A stretch of 64,000 bases of DNA from Sphingobacteriia bacterium (lineage in GTDB: Bacteria; Bacteroidota; Bacteroidia; Bacteroidales; UBA7960), in contig JBEPXC010000001.1 in the NCBI GenBank assembly GCA_041642035.1, positions 6,304 through 70,303 of the forward strand, given 5' to 3'. Of the stretch, positions 17,541 to 26,416 are shown piece by piece. Numbering within the stretch: the stretch's first letter is position 1; the number at the start of each line of letters is the position of its first letter. The translations under genes were made by a program, and so were the position numbers. The notes under the pieces were generated by a model that ran no database searches, was not told the DNA's origin, and worked only from the letters and a program-made list of their open reading frames with translations.

Positions 17541-18470
17541 AAAAGTCCTTTCAGGGTCGTTGTGATGTGCCGTTCATTATCCACGGGTTTCACCCGAGGC
17601 TATTGTTGTTAAACCTTTTCAGGGTTTTTAGCAGCTGATGATTATTTTATTATATTTGTTTCCTTATGATATGTTTGTTTCGGCTTTTAGGGTTCTCTTA
17701 TAGTTTTCCAGAATAAGGTAGCGCAAGAAATTAGAACCCTGAAAGGGTTCAACCATAATAGCCGTAGGTGAAACCTACGGAATTGATTGATATTCATCGA
17801 TATGAACCCTGAAGGGGTGCAACAATATTGTTGTAATGTAAAGAGTTTCTGCTATAAAATAGTTCAACCCTTTCAGGGTTGTTGAACAAATGCCCTTCAT
17901 TATCCACGGGTTTCACCCGTGGCTATTGTCGTTAAACCCTTTCAGGGTTGTTAGCATCTATTGATAATTTATTATATTTGTTTTCTGATAATATGTGTGT
18001 GTCGGTTTTTAGGGTTCTATGACAGATTTCCAGAATAAGGTAGCGCAGAAAATTAGAACCCTGAAAGGGTTCAACCATAATAGCCGTAGGTGAAACCTAC
18101 GGAAGGTTAGATATTCAGCGAGATGAACCCTGAAGGGGTTCAACAATTTGTTGTAATGTAAAGAGTTTCTGCTATAAAATAGTTCAACCCTTTCAGGGTT
18201 GTTGAACAAATGCCTTTCATTATCCACGGGTTTCACCCGCGGCTATTGTTGTTAAACCCTTTCAGGGTTTTTAGCAGGTGGTGATTAATTGATTATATTT
18301 GTTCCCTGAGAATATGTTTGTTTCGATTTTTAGGGTTCTATGACAGATTTCCAGAATAAGGTAGCGCAGAAAATCAGAACCCTGAAAGGGTTCAACCATA
18401 ATAGCCGTAGGTGAAACCTACGGAATTGGTAGATATTTAGCGAGATGAACCCTGAAGGGGTTCAACAATA
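17541..18470. repeat. Three tandem ~320-bp structured units (REPIN-like doublets) upstream of the Y1 transposase gene
   Basis: The unit start agttcaaccctttcagggttgttgaac recurs at 17861 and 18181, and the first unit (from about 17541) is more diverged. Each unit has an L arm (three hairpins with TTC loops), a conserved spacer, an R arm (the inverse, with GAA loops) and a junction. Confidence 0.9.
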
Positions 18471-18509
18471 TTACGAAATTATATTTGAAAGAATTTAAAC
18501 ACGAGGAGT

Positions 18510-18956
18510 ATGGGAACATATACGCAAATTCTTTATCATATTGTTTTTTCCACGAAAGACAGGGAATATGTCCTTATAAAAGATTACCGTGAAAAACTAT
18601 ATCGGTTTATATGGGGGGTGATCAAGAATAATAAATGTGTTTTATATCAAATAAATGGGGTGGAAGATCATCTGCATATTGCCACTCATTTGCATCCGAC
18701 TAAGAATTTGGCAGATTTGATCAAAGACATTAAAGTTTCATCATCTTTAATGATAAAGAGCGAAAATATTTTCCCTGGATTTACCGGATGGCAGGATGGT
18801 TATGCGGCTTTTACCAAATCATACGCTGAAAAGGATATTTTGATTAATTACATAAAGAAGCAGGAAGAGCATCATCATAAGGTTTCATTTAGGGATGAAT
18901 TAATTGAATTATTGAGGCAGGAAGGAATTGATTTTAACGAAGAATTTCTGTTATAA
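18510..18956 (+). CDS. Y1 (HUH) single-strand transposase, IS200/IS605 TnpA family, RAYT-like
   Basis: 148 aa. YTQILYHIVFSTKDRE N-terminus, HUH motif EDHLHIATH, WQDGYAAFTKS tyrosine region, YIKKQEEHH. The gene is flanked by inverted copies of the hairpin arms. Confidence 0.85.
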   Translation: MGTYTQILYHIVFSTKDREYVLIKDYREKLYRFIWGVIKNNKCVLYQINGVEDHLHIATHLHPTKNLADLIKDIKVSSSLMIKSENIFPGFTGWQDGYAAFTKSYAEKDILINYIKKQEEHHHKVSFRDELIELLRQEGIDFNEEFLL

Positions 18957-19064
18957 AAGTTCAACCCTTTCAGGGTTGTTGCAATGTGCCGTTCATTTTC
19001 CACGGGTTTCACCCACGGCTATTGTTGTTAAACCCTTTCAGGGTTTTTAGCAGGTGGTGATTCT
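18957..19064. repeat. Terminal L arm of the repeat unit, immediately after the transposase stop codon
   Basis: aagttcaaccctttcagggttgttgcaatgtgccgttcattttccacgggtttcacccacggctattgttgttaaaccctttcagggtttttagcaggtggtgatt. Similarity to the unit ends at about 19064. Confidence 0.9.
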
Positions 19065-19129
19065 CTCTTCATGCGTGAACCCTAGGTTGGGCGGCTTAGA
19101 GGTGTGAATGGGGGGAGGGTCAAAAGAAC

Positions 19130-19237
19130 CAATAGCCACTGCTTCAAGACAGCTTGTCCCGATTTTATTTCGGGAAAGGAAACGTCCGCAGGACTTTCCA
19201 TGTCTTGAAAAGTGGGCGGACGTTTCCATGTCTTGAA
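19130..19237. repeat. Repeat cluster downstream of the S9 peptidase stop (family A variants plus a tcccga..tcggga hairpin module)
   Basis: caagacagcttgtcccgattttatttcgggaaaggaaacgtccgcaggactttccatgtcttg closely parallels 60378-60440, which lies downstream of the ABC exporter stop. Confidence 0.8.
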
Positions 19238-19247
19238 GAGTAAAGAT

Positions 19248-21173
19248 TTAATTCTCTTTTGCCTTAAGATACGTATCCAGGAAGGTTAGTATCTGGCCAT
19301 AGCCTTTTATTTCGTTTTCCTTTTTCCTGAAACCATGTCCCTCGTCGGGGAAAAGTACATATTCTACAGGCACTCCGTTTTGTTTCACAGCATTCACGAT
19401 TTCGTCTGATTCAACCTGCAGAACCCTTGGATCGTTGGCTCCCTGAAGCACCATAAGAGGTTTGGTTACGTTATGTGCATGAAACAGGGGCGAAATACGG
19501 TGGAGGCGAAGGGAGTCTTCTGTATTGGGGTCACCCATTTCGGTGTACAGGGCTTCTTTAAATGATTCCCACCATGGTGGAATGGATTTAAGGGTTCTCA
19601 GCCAGTTGGTCACGCCGAAAATATTTACTCCTACAGCAAATTCTTCGGGGGCATAAGTTAGCGCAGCCATGGTCATATAACCGCCGTAACTTCCACCAAT
19701 TATGCCAATTTTATCAGCATCGATGTATTCCTGCTCCTGAAGCCATTTTTTACCCCATATACAGTCCTGCAAATCACCTTCGCCATGATTGCGATCGTCC
19801 AGTTTGAAAAATGTTTTTCCGTAGCCACTGCTTCCGCGGTTATTTACTGCCAGAACAGCATAGCCATTGTTGACAAGAAACTGTATGAGTGAAAAATATC
19901 CAACCCTTGACTGACCCCCGGGTCCACCATGAACCCATACCAATGCCGGAACCTTGTTTCTTTTGGATGCATTAAGAGGCTTGTAATAAATAGCGGGAAT
20001 CTCAAGTCCGTCAAAGGATTTATACCTGACTACTTCTGCTGAGACAAGGTCATCAGGATTGATGTCAGGATTTAATACTTCTGTGAGTTTTTTGAGATTG
20101 CCATCGGCAAAGCTAAACATGTACAGGTTGGCAGGAGCCTTGGAGGTTCCCACGGTCAGGCGCATGAGGTTTTCACTGTCTGATATGTTTACACCCATAA
20201 TGTCGCCATCAGGGATGTCGGGGAAATTCACGGCTTCGCCGGAGGCGTTTTCCTGAATAACCAGCGAATTCTTTCCATCTTCATTGATGGCAATGATCCT
20301 GTATTTTTCGTTTTCACTCAAATAACTGTACATCACGTCCCAATTGCTCGAGAAAATGGTTTCCCGCGCTCCTGTTTCAATTTCGTAGCGAACCAGGTAG
20401 GCGAACTCACCATCGGTATCGGTGATATAATGGAAATATTTGCCATCATTACTGAATCCCGATGCACTGTAGCTTCCGGGTTTTTCGGGAGATGAGATCT
20501 CTGTTGTCTCACCAGTTGCGCGGTTTAGGAGGAACAACTGATTTTCGCTGGTCGTGACTGATTTTACCAGGGCCATTAAGCTTTCATCTTTGGAAAGGCC
20601 TGAAATATTCATCCCCTGATCGTTTTGATACAGCATCTCTGATTGAAAATCAGACGTATTCATTTTGTAGAAATCAAAAAAGCGCGAATCTCTCAGGTTG
20701 GAGAGGTAGTAAAAAGATTTTTTGTCGCTGCTCCAACCCCCAAACGAGGTGTTTTCTTGTTCTCCCGGCGTAAGGTCGGTTGATGTACCATCGGCATTGA
20801 GCAGGTAGATGTGCGTAATCTCATTCCCTCCCTGGTCAGCACGATACAGAACCTGGTTGGTTTCATATATGTAGCCTACAGGGAAATAGGATTCCTGGGT
20901 GGAGAAAGTGAGCTGGGTTTTTATCCCCTCCTGGATGTCGATTTCAAAAAGATTATAAATCCCGGTTTCATTGCTGCTGACAAGCAGACGGGTTTCATCG
21001 GGCGAGAATATTCCGCCGGAGATGTTGGTGTTTTTGTAAAACTCCTCGATGGAGTAGGTCTTGATCTCACTTTGTTCCTGGGCACAGGAAGCAAAGATGA
21101 AAATGGCCATTAAATAGAACAGATTTTTCATACGCATTTTGGGTTTGAATGGATTGTTTAAGAATTTGAGCAA
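19248..21173 (-). CDS. S9 family serine peptidase (prolyl oligopeptidase / dipeptidyl aminopeptidase type), lipoprotein
   Basis: N-terminal beta-propeller region. The C-terminal alpha/beta hydrolase has WVHGGPGG, the nucleophile motif GGSYGGYM, and DEGHGF. The likely true start is MRMKNLFYLMAIFIFASC at about 21137. Confidence 0.9.
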   Translation of the reverse strand: MLKFLNNPFKPKMRMKNLFYLMAIFIFASCAQEQSEIKTYSIEEFYKNTNISGGIFSPDETRLLVSSNETGIYNLFEIDIQEGIKTQLTFSTQESYFPVGYIYETNQVLYRADQGGNEITHIYLLNADGTSTDLTPGEQENTSFGGWSSDKKSFYYLSNLRDSRFFDFYKMNTSDFQSEMLYQNDQGMNISGLSKDESLMALVKSVTTSENQLFLLNRATGETTEISSPEKPGSYSASGFSNDGKYFHYITDTDGEFAYLVRYEIETGARETIFSSNWDVMYSYLSENEKYRIIAINEDGKNSLVIQENASGEAVNFPDIPDGDIMGVNISDSENLMRLTVGTSKAPANLYMFSFADGNLKKLTEVLNPDINPDDLVSAEVVRYKSFDGLEIPAIYYKPLNASKRNKVPALVWVHGGPGGQSRVGYFSLIQFLVNNGYAVLAVNNRGSSGYGKTFFKLDDRNHGEGDLQDCIWGKKWLQEQEYIDADKIGIIGGSYGGYMTMAALTYAPEEFAVGVNIFGVTNWLRTLKSIPPWWESFKEALYTEMGDPNTEDSLRLHRISPLFHAHNVTKPLMVLQGANDPRVLQVESDEIVNAVKQNGVPVEYVLFPDEGHGFRKKENEIKGYGQILTFLDTYLKAKEN

Positions 21174-21224
21174 TAAAGTTAATGCTTTTTAAGAAAAGGG
21201 GATAAAGACTTTGTATCCCTTGTT

Positions 21225-21315
21225 TTTTGACCCATCCACGATCTTTTGACCCATACCCGGCCCTTCCCTTTCTGAAACGAGTTCAGGATGACCGGGAAGG
21301 GTGATTCCAGTCCAT
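21225..21315. repeat. Family C hairpin module
   Basis: ttttgaccc occurs twice, followed by cccggcccttccctttctgaaacgagttcaggatgaccgggaagggtg (long imperfect hairpin). Confidence 0.8.
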
Positions 21316-21355
21316 AATATCGGCGTAAAAGCCAGGTGTATTCCTCAGAGGAATA

Positions 21356-21805
21356 GATTTTAACGAAGAATTTCTGTTATAAATAGTTCAACCCTTTCAG
21401 GGTTGTTGTAATATGCCGTTCATTATCCACGGGTTTCACCCGCGGCTATTGTTGTTAAACCCTTTCAGGGTTTTTAGCTGCTGATGAATCATTGATTATA
21501 TTTGTTTTCCCGATAATATGTTGTGTTTCGGTTTTTAGGGTTCTATGATGGTTTTCCAGAATAAGGTAGCGCAAGAAATTAGAACCCTGAAAGGGTTCAA
21601 CCATAATAGCCGTAGGTGAAACCTATGGGATGGTTAGATATTCAGCGAGATGAACCCTGAAGGGGTTCAACAATTTGTTGTAATGTAAAGAGGTTCTGTT
21701 ATAAAAAGTTCAACCCTTTCAGGGTTGTTGTGATGTGTGCCGTTTATTAACCACGGGTTTCACCCGCGGCTATTGTTGTTAAACCCTTTCAGGGTTTTTA
21801 GCTGC
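21356..21805. repeat. Second locus of the 320-bp unit family: transposase 3'-end scar + L arm + spacer + R arm + junction + L arm
   Basis: It starts with gattttaacgaagaatttctgttataaa, which equals the last codons (..DFNEEFLL stop) of the gene at 18510-18956. It then runs through the same arms as 17541-19064 in the same orientation. Confidence 0.9.
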
Positions 21806-21864
21806 TGGGACATGCTGAAACCTGTTCCGTCATTTATATATATCAATTCGCTATTGGTATTAAT

Positions 21865-21918
21865 TGCCATTGCGCTGTCGTAAAGTGATGTTCCTGCACC
21901 TAAAGGTTTTCGCAGCGC
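21865..21918. other. Conserved ~53-nt hairpin element, copy B
   Basis: See copy A at 14373-14425. On the plus strand the stem is followed by gtttgttttttc. On the minus strand it lies at or near the 3' end of the group II intron. Confidence 0.7.
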
Positions 21919-22028
21919 GTTTGTTTTTTCTAACGCTTATTGCTAATTCGGGTAGGAAGCGGCTCGCGCCGCTGTCCCCCCACACCACCTGGCATACGTT
22001 TTTTCGTACCAAGGCGGTTTCTATTAAT

Positions 22029-23438
22029 TTACCGTTGAACTTGTAAGAGTAGTGAATGAAGCCCAATCTGGGCAAACCATTTAATACCCATTGCTTTACC
22101 AACTGCTTGTTTAATGGACATAGCCCACCAGCCTTGTGAGTACATCACTACATTCCAGCTCGTGTTTTCAGGAATACCCAGATTGTGCAGAAATTTGAAG
22201 ATAGTGTACCTGCGACCGCACTGTTTAAGTCGGTAACATCGTAGCTTTCTTCTTATCCACCCATCGATGTCTCTTATTACTGACAGCCATCGATTGGCAA
22301 GGTAAAAGTAGTTCGCCCAGCCTATAATTACAGCATTAAGCTCTTTGATTAGCTGCTCGAACCTTACTCCCCTGTTGCGTCGGGTTATTTCCCGGACTTT
22401 GTCCTTTAAGCGTTTTATAGACTTATCTGAAACACGTATGTTGCCTTCTTCCAACAGGGTGTACCCAAGGAATGTTGCTTCTGAGCAGTGTCGAACACCA
22501 CTCTTTTGGCGGTTGACTTTAAGTTTTAGTTTCTTCTCAAGGTATTTCACCATTGAGTTCAGCACCCGTTCTCCTGCTTTTCTGCTTTTGACATAAATGT
22601 TACAGTCATCTGCATAGCGGCAGAAGTCGTGTCCGCGATTCTCCATTTCTTTATCCCATTCGTCAAGGACGATGTTGGATAATAACGGGGAAAGCGGACT
22701 GCCTTGTGGCGTTCCGGCTATACGTTGTTCTGTCAAGCCATCTGACATAATCCCAGATTTCAGGTAGGATTTTATCAACCTTAGTAGTCGCTTATCTCCT
22801 ATTCCTTTACTTAGTCGTTGCATTAGCCTGTCGTGGTTGACGTTGTCGAAGAACTTCTCCAAGTCTATGTCCACAACCCACTCTTTGCCAGAGCTAACAA
22901 ATTTACTGGCCTGTAAAATGGCTTGGTGGGCGTTGCGACCCGGACGAAAACCAAAACTGTTCTCGCTGAATAGGGGGTCGTAATATCGGGACAGAATCTG
23001 GTGTACGGCTTGCTGGAGCATGCGGTCTTTCACCGTTGGGATGCCGAGCATTCGCTCGCCACCGTCCGGCTTCCTGATCATAACCTTGCGCACCGACATT
23101 GGCTGGTAATTCTCAGCCAATAATGTCTCCCGAAAGGTGATCAGGCTCTTGTTTAACCACTTGCCCAAAGCTTCAACATCCATCTCGTCTATCCCTGCGC
23201 TGCCCTTGTTTTGTCTAACACGCTGGTACGCATTGCGTAGGTTTCCATAATCTACCACTGCTTCCAACAAATTCTCCGTCAAGATGCGTTGGCTCTCCAA
23301 TTGCGATAACAGTTCAACTCCTGTACAATTCTCATTTCCGGTGCGGCCTTCATGGGAGTTGGCAGGTTGTATCTGGTCTTGGAATAAATTAAGTTGTCTG
23401 ACCATTCCTTTTTTCTGTTGCTCTCTGTTTTTACGCAT
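22029..23438 (-). CDS. Group II intron reverse transcriptase/maturase (no endonuclease domain)
   Basis: 469 aa. RT motifs include RKVMIRKPDGGERMLGIPTVKDR, GTPQGSPLSPLLSNIVL and YADDCNIYV. The maturase X domain has IIGWANYF. There is no C-terminal HNH. Confidence 0.92.
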   Translation of the reverse strand: MRKNREQQKKGMVRQLNLFQDQIQPANSHEGRTGNENCTGVELLSQLESQRILTENLLEAVVDYGNLRNAYQRVRQNKGSAGIDEMDVEALGKWLNKSLITFRETLLAENYQPMSVRKVMIRKPDGGERMLGIPTVKDRMLQQAVHQILSRYYDPLFSENSFGFRPGRNAHQAILQASKFVSSGKEWVVDIDLEKFFDNVNHDRLMQRLSKGIGDKRLLRLIKSYLKSGIMSDGLTEQRIAGTPQGSPLSPLLSNIVLDEWDKEMENRGHDFCRYADDCNIYVKSRKAGERVLNSMVKYLEKKLKLKVNRQKSGVRHCSEATFLGYTLLEEGNIRVSDKSIKRLKDKVREITRRNRGVRFEQLIKELNAVIIGWANYFYLANRWLSVIRDIDGWIRRKLRCYRLKQCGRRYTIFKFLHNLGIPENTSWNVVMYSQGWWAMSIKQAVGKAMGIKWFAQIGLHSLLLQVQR

Positions 23439-23850
23439 TTTCGATACGCTTCTTTTAATTAATAGATTTGAACCTTCCCGCTGTTATGGTAGCGGTACTA
23501 TGTTCGCTGCTGACTTCTTCCGTGCATTCACCAATAGTTACCCTTGGTTTATCTTCTTTGCTGAAGAAGCACGAAAGATCTCCCGGGGTAAACGTTACAA
23601 CCATCGATTTCCTGCGCCTGATTTACTGCCCTTGCCTTCCGAATGACTATGGGGCGTCCTGATCCAAAGCTCAGTTACCCGGCAAAAACAGCCTTATATC
23701 AGGTTTCTGTTCGTCGCAACAAATCTTTGCCTTCAGCTTCCTTCAGATTCTACCTCACGGCAGACACCCTTGCTTTCGGCTATGAGATTCCGGCCATTAC
23801 GGCTCTCTCGGGACTTACACCCGTTGGTAATAATCTATGCCCGGCACACT

Positions 23851-24154
23851 AAACATTCCATCCCTCCGGGATTAATTCAATCTGTGGTAGAAATTAGGGA
23901 GATGGAGAAAAGAACTTGTAACTTGCAAATTACCACTCAAGGGAAAAAGGCCCGATTCCGTCATGTGTATTCTATTCGATTCGCTATAGGTATTGGTTGC
24001 CAGTGAAGCATTCCCCAAAAAGACTGATATATTGGCAGTTATATATTGGGTAGCAAGGAAAAGAGAGGAAATGTCTGGAAAAGTGAGGAACGCTGTCATG
24101 TCAAAATGTCATGACGGGCGGAAATGCCCGGAAAAGGGTGTAGATGGAATGTTT
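23851..24154. repeat. 12-bp perfect inverted repeat (AAACATTCCATC at 23851-23862; GATGGAATGTTT at 24143-24154), extendable imperfectly to about 30 nt
   Basis: The left arm ends 1 nt from the proposed intron 5' junction. The extension is ccctccggg versus cccggaaaaggg. Confidence 0.8.
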
Positions 24155-24400
24155 GTTGCCTTATAGGGGTTACATAATCTGTATTGGTTATTGAAAATAC
24201 AGATAACGCTCTTTGGTTACAATGATTATCAACACTCTTATGTGGAATTTCTCTGGAAAAGTATGCCTGGTTATTTTTCTAAGAGAGCACAAGGTCACTA
24301 TTTTTTGTCCTTTCACATGGGAAGCCCCACGTCTGAGCCAACAGCCAAAGGCCAAACTATCAAAAAATATGTTTTAATTTTACCTCACAAACACATACGG

Positions 24401-25045
24401 ATGAAAACATTAGAAGTTCCTCAAATTAAGTTGGCTGATGCTGCCCTTGGCAAAGTGGATAAATTGCTTGATCAGCAGAAAGGAGAGCTGATCGATACCA
24501 TCAACTGGCCTGCCTTTCCCTATTTGCCTTCTGTGCGCTTTGCCATGGCTTACGATGAAACACATCTCTACCTCAAATATGATGTGAAGGAGCAGCATGC
24601 CCAAGCGGTTACCCTACAGTCGAATGGACCGGTATGGGAAGACAGCTGCTGCGAGTTTTTCTGCTCCTTTGATGATAGCGGGTATTACAACCTGGAGACC
24701 AATTGCATCGGGGCACAGTTGCTGGGCTGGCATGGCAGGGATGGTTCAAAGGAAAAGGCCACCGCACACGTAATGGCAGCTTTGCAGAAATCATCGAGCC
24801 TGGGCCATACAGCCCCCCTTTCGCTGGAAGGCGATGTGCATTGGCAGTTGGTGTTGATCATACCTTCATCGGTCTTCTTTCGGCATAAAGACCTGGTATT
24901 TAAACCCGGGATGCCGTTGAGGGGCAATTTCTATAAATGTGGTGACAAGACCAATGTTCCTCATTTTGTTTCCTGGAATGCTATTGATTGGCCTGCCCCA
25001 AATTTTCACCTTCCCGGATTTTTCGGCAACATTATTTTGAAATAA
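24401..25045 (+). CDS. Carbohydrate-binding family 9-like (DOMON-like) protein
   Basis: INWPAFPYLPSVRFAMAYDETHLYLKYDVKE..WEDSCCEFFCSF..YYNLETNCIG is typical of CBM9-like proteins. The track ORF starts at 24191, but the ATG at 24401 (MKTLEVPQIKL) fits better. Confidence 0.75.
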   Translation: MKTLEVPQIKLADAALGKVDKLLDQQKGELIDTINWPAFPYLPSVRFAMAYDETHLYLKYDVKEQHAQAVTLQSNGPVWEDSCCEFFCSFDDSGYYNLETNCIGAQLLGWHGRDGSKEKATAHVMAALQKSSSLGHTAPLSLEGDVHWQLVLIIPSSVFFRHKDLVFKPGMPLRGNFYKCGDKTNVPHFVSWNAIDWPAPNFHLPGFFGNIILK

Positions 25046-25237
25046 TTGTTTTTAGATACAAGCTACAGCATATCCGAACTGATTTTGCTTTAAATCCTGT
25101 TGGTCCTCCATAATTATACCGATGTCGGCAATGGGAATACCTTTGCGCCTTTGGGGCAGCCAGTTTTTTTGCCTATGGTGGTACTGTAATGATTGGCCTG
25201 GGAATTGTTTGACCTTTGCTATAAAAAAAAGAAGAAA

Positions 25238-26362
25238 ATGGAAAACCATATTGCATCTCATGCGGTAATGACCCTTGATGCCGGGGGCACCAATTTTGTA
25301 TTTTCTGCTGTGAAGCAACAAAAGGAAATTGTGGAGCCCTTTATCTTGCCATCACAGGGTCACGATTTAGAGAAATGTTTACAAAATATCATTCTTGGAT
25401 TTGAAACGATTCTCAGGCAAATGGACGAAGAACCCGTAGCCATAAGCTTTGCCTTTCCGGGGCCGGCCGATTATACCAACGGAATTATCGGCGACCTGGG
25501 CAATCTGCCGGGCTTCCGTGGCGGGGTTGCCCTGGGTCCCATGCTGGAAGAGCATTTTAACCTCCCTGTTTTTATTAACAACGATGGCGACCTTTTTGCC
25601 TACGGGGAGGCTATGTATGGACTTCTGCCGGAGATCAACCACGAGCTTCAGAAAGCAGGAAGCACGAGAACCTATAAAAACCTCATTGGCATTACCCTGG
25701 GTATTGGGTTTGGAGGTGGACTGGTGGTCAACAATCAACTGCACAAAGGCGATAATGGGGCAGCGGCCGAAATATGGCTGCTCAGGAATCCTTTTAATGA
25801 GAAAACCTTCGCCGAGGAAAGCATTAGCATCAGGGCTATCACAAGGCTGTATGGGCAGGCAGCAGAATATGACTCCCCCGATCTTTCTTCTTTGAACATC
25901 TACCGTATTGCCCTGGGACAGGAATCGGGCAATAAGGATGCCGCCCGGGAAGCTTTTAGGCAGTTTGGCAAGGCCCTGGGACTGGCGCTCAATGAAATAG
26001 TCACCATTCTGGATGGCTTGGTTGTAATCGGAGGAGGCATTGTCAATGCACGAAAACTGTTTTTCCCGGCTATGCTGCAAGAGATGAACGCCACCTATAA
26101 AACGGCACAAGGAGACAACATTCCGCGTCTGGTAATGGACGTGTTTGACTTGCAGGATCAGGAGAGCCTGTCGCAATTTGCCAAAGCTGACGCTGCACAA
26201 ATACGGGTGCCTTTTTGCGAAAGACAGGTTTCCTATCACTCGCAAAAGCGTATCGGAGTGGGGGTATCACGCCTTGGTGCCAGCAAGGCCATTACAATGG
26301 GGGCTTATGCTTTTGCCACCAATGCATTGGGATTGCCCTTTCAGGATAAGCCTTACAAATAG
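25238..26362 (+). CDS. ROK family sugar kinase
   Basis: MTLDAGGTNFVFSAV (ATP-binding DxGGT), FINNDGDLFAYGE, GIGFGGG. The start is taken at MENHIAS. Confidence 0.8.
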   Translation: MENHIASHAVMTLDAGGTNFVFSAVKQQKEIVEPFILPSQGHDLEKCLQNIILGFETILRQMDEEPVAISFAFPGPADYTNGIIGDLGNLPGFRGGVALGPMLEEHFNLPVFINNDGDLFAYGEAMYGLLPEINHELQKAGSTRTYKNLIGITLGIGFGGGLVVNNQLHKGDNGAAAEIWLLRNPFNEKTFAEESISIRAITRLYGQAAEYDSPDLSSLNIYRIALGQESGNKDAAREAFRQFGKALGLALNEIVTILDGLVVIGGGIVNARKLFFPAMLQEMNATYKTAQGDNIPRLVMDVFDLQDQESLSQFAKADAAQIRVPFCERQVSYHSQKRIGVGVSRLGASKAITMGAYAFATNALGLPFQDKPYK

Positions 26363-26416
26363 ATAGAATCACCAAAAAATAATTAAGCCTGATGGTGTCA
26401 TCAGCCCTAATAAATC

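Larger units (their letters stand above)
21865..23849 (-). mobile_element. Group II intron (about 2 kb); the 5' end is fairly well supported and the 3' end is approximate
   Basis: The minus strand begins GTGTGCCGGGCATAG.. at 23849, matching the GUGYG consensus (compare Ll.LtrB GTGCGCCCAGATAG). Then come 411 nt of domain I-III-like sequence (gaaagcaagggtgtctgccgtgaggtagaatctgaaggaagc), the RT/maturase ORF, and about 100-165 nt of 3' structure. I could not fold a canonical domain V by eye. Confidence 0.6.

Noticed and set aside
18009-18236. 75-aa ORF on the minus strand inside the tandem units
   Set aside because: It spans the hairpin repeats. The equivalent frames are broken in the neighbouring units, so it is not conserved as coding.
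17541-18470. Regular repeats that could be mistaken for a CRISPR array
   Set aside because: The period is 320 bp, and the whole unit, including the spacer segment, is conserved between copies. There are no short direct repeats alternating with unique spacers, and no cas genes.
21931-21964. Candidate group II intron domain V (GAGCCGCTTCCTACCCGAATTAGCAATAAGCGTT, 34 nt, minus strand) and an alternative GNRA-capped hairpin (AGCGGC-GCGA-GCCGCT, minus strand, at about 21962-21977)
   Set aside because: Neither folds by eye into the canonical architecture of a lower stem, a 2-nt bulge and an upper stem with the catalytic triad at the base. I therefore did not annotate DV/DVI and left the intron 3' end approximate.
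23465-23510. tRNA-like GGTTCAAATC T-loop motif on the minus strand
   Set aside because: The flanking bases do not form a T stem (gaagg versus ctatt) or an acceptor stem. It lies inside the group II intron just upstream of the RT start, the usual domain IV region.
24191-24400. 70-aa N-terminal extension of the CBM9-like ORF. Similar 5' extensions occur in track ORFs at 5264, 5896, 25193, 27400, 28091, 30784, 35885, 53120 and 62326.
   Set aside because: The family-typical N-termini or signal peptides begin at internal Met codons, and the extensions lack similarity or run into promoter-like AT-rich sequence.
25379-26245. 288-aa antisense ORF inside the ROK kinase gene. Similar long shadow ORFs occur at 4086-4730, 10592-11020, 11686-12114, 13657-14046, 42144-42803, 50031-50579, 58743-59183 and 59370-59858.
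   Set aside because: Each lies fully inside, and antisense to, a gene with strong family motifs. The translations have no recognisable motifs and look like typical shadow frames.
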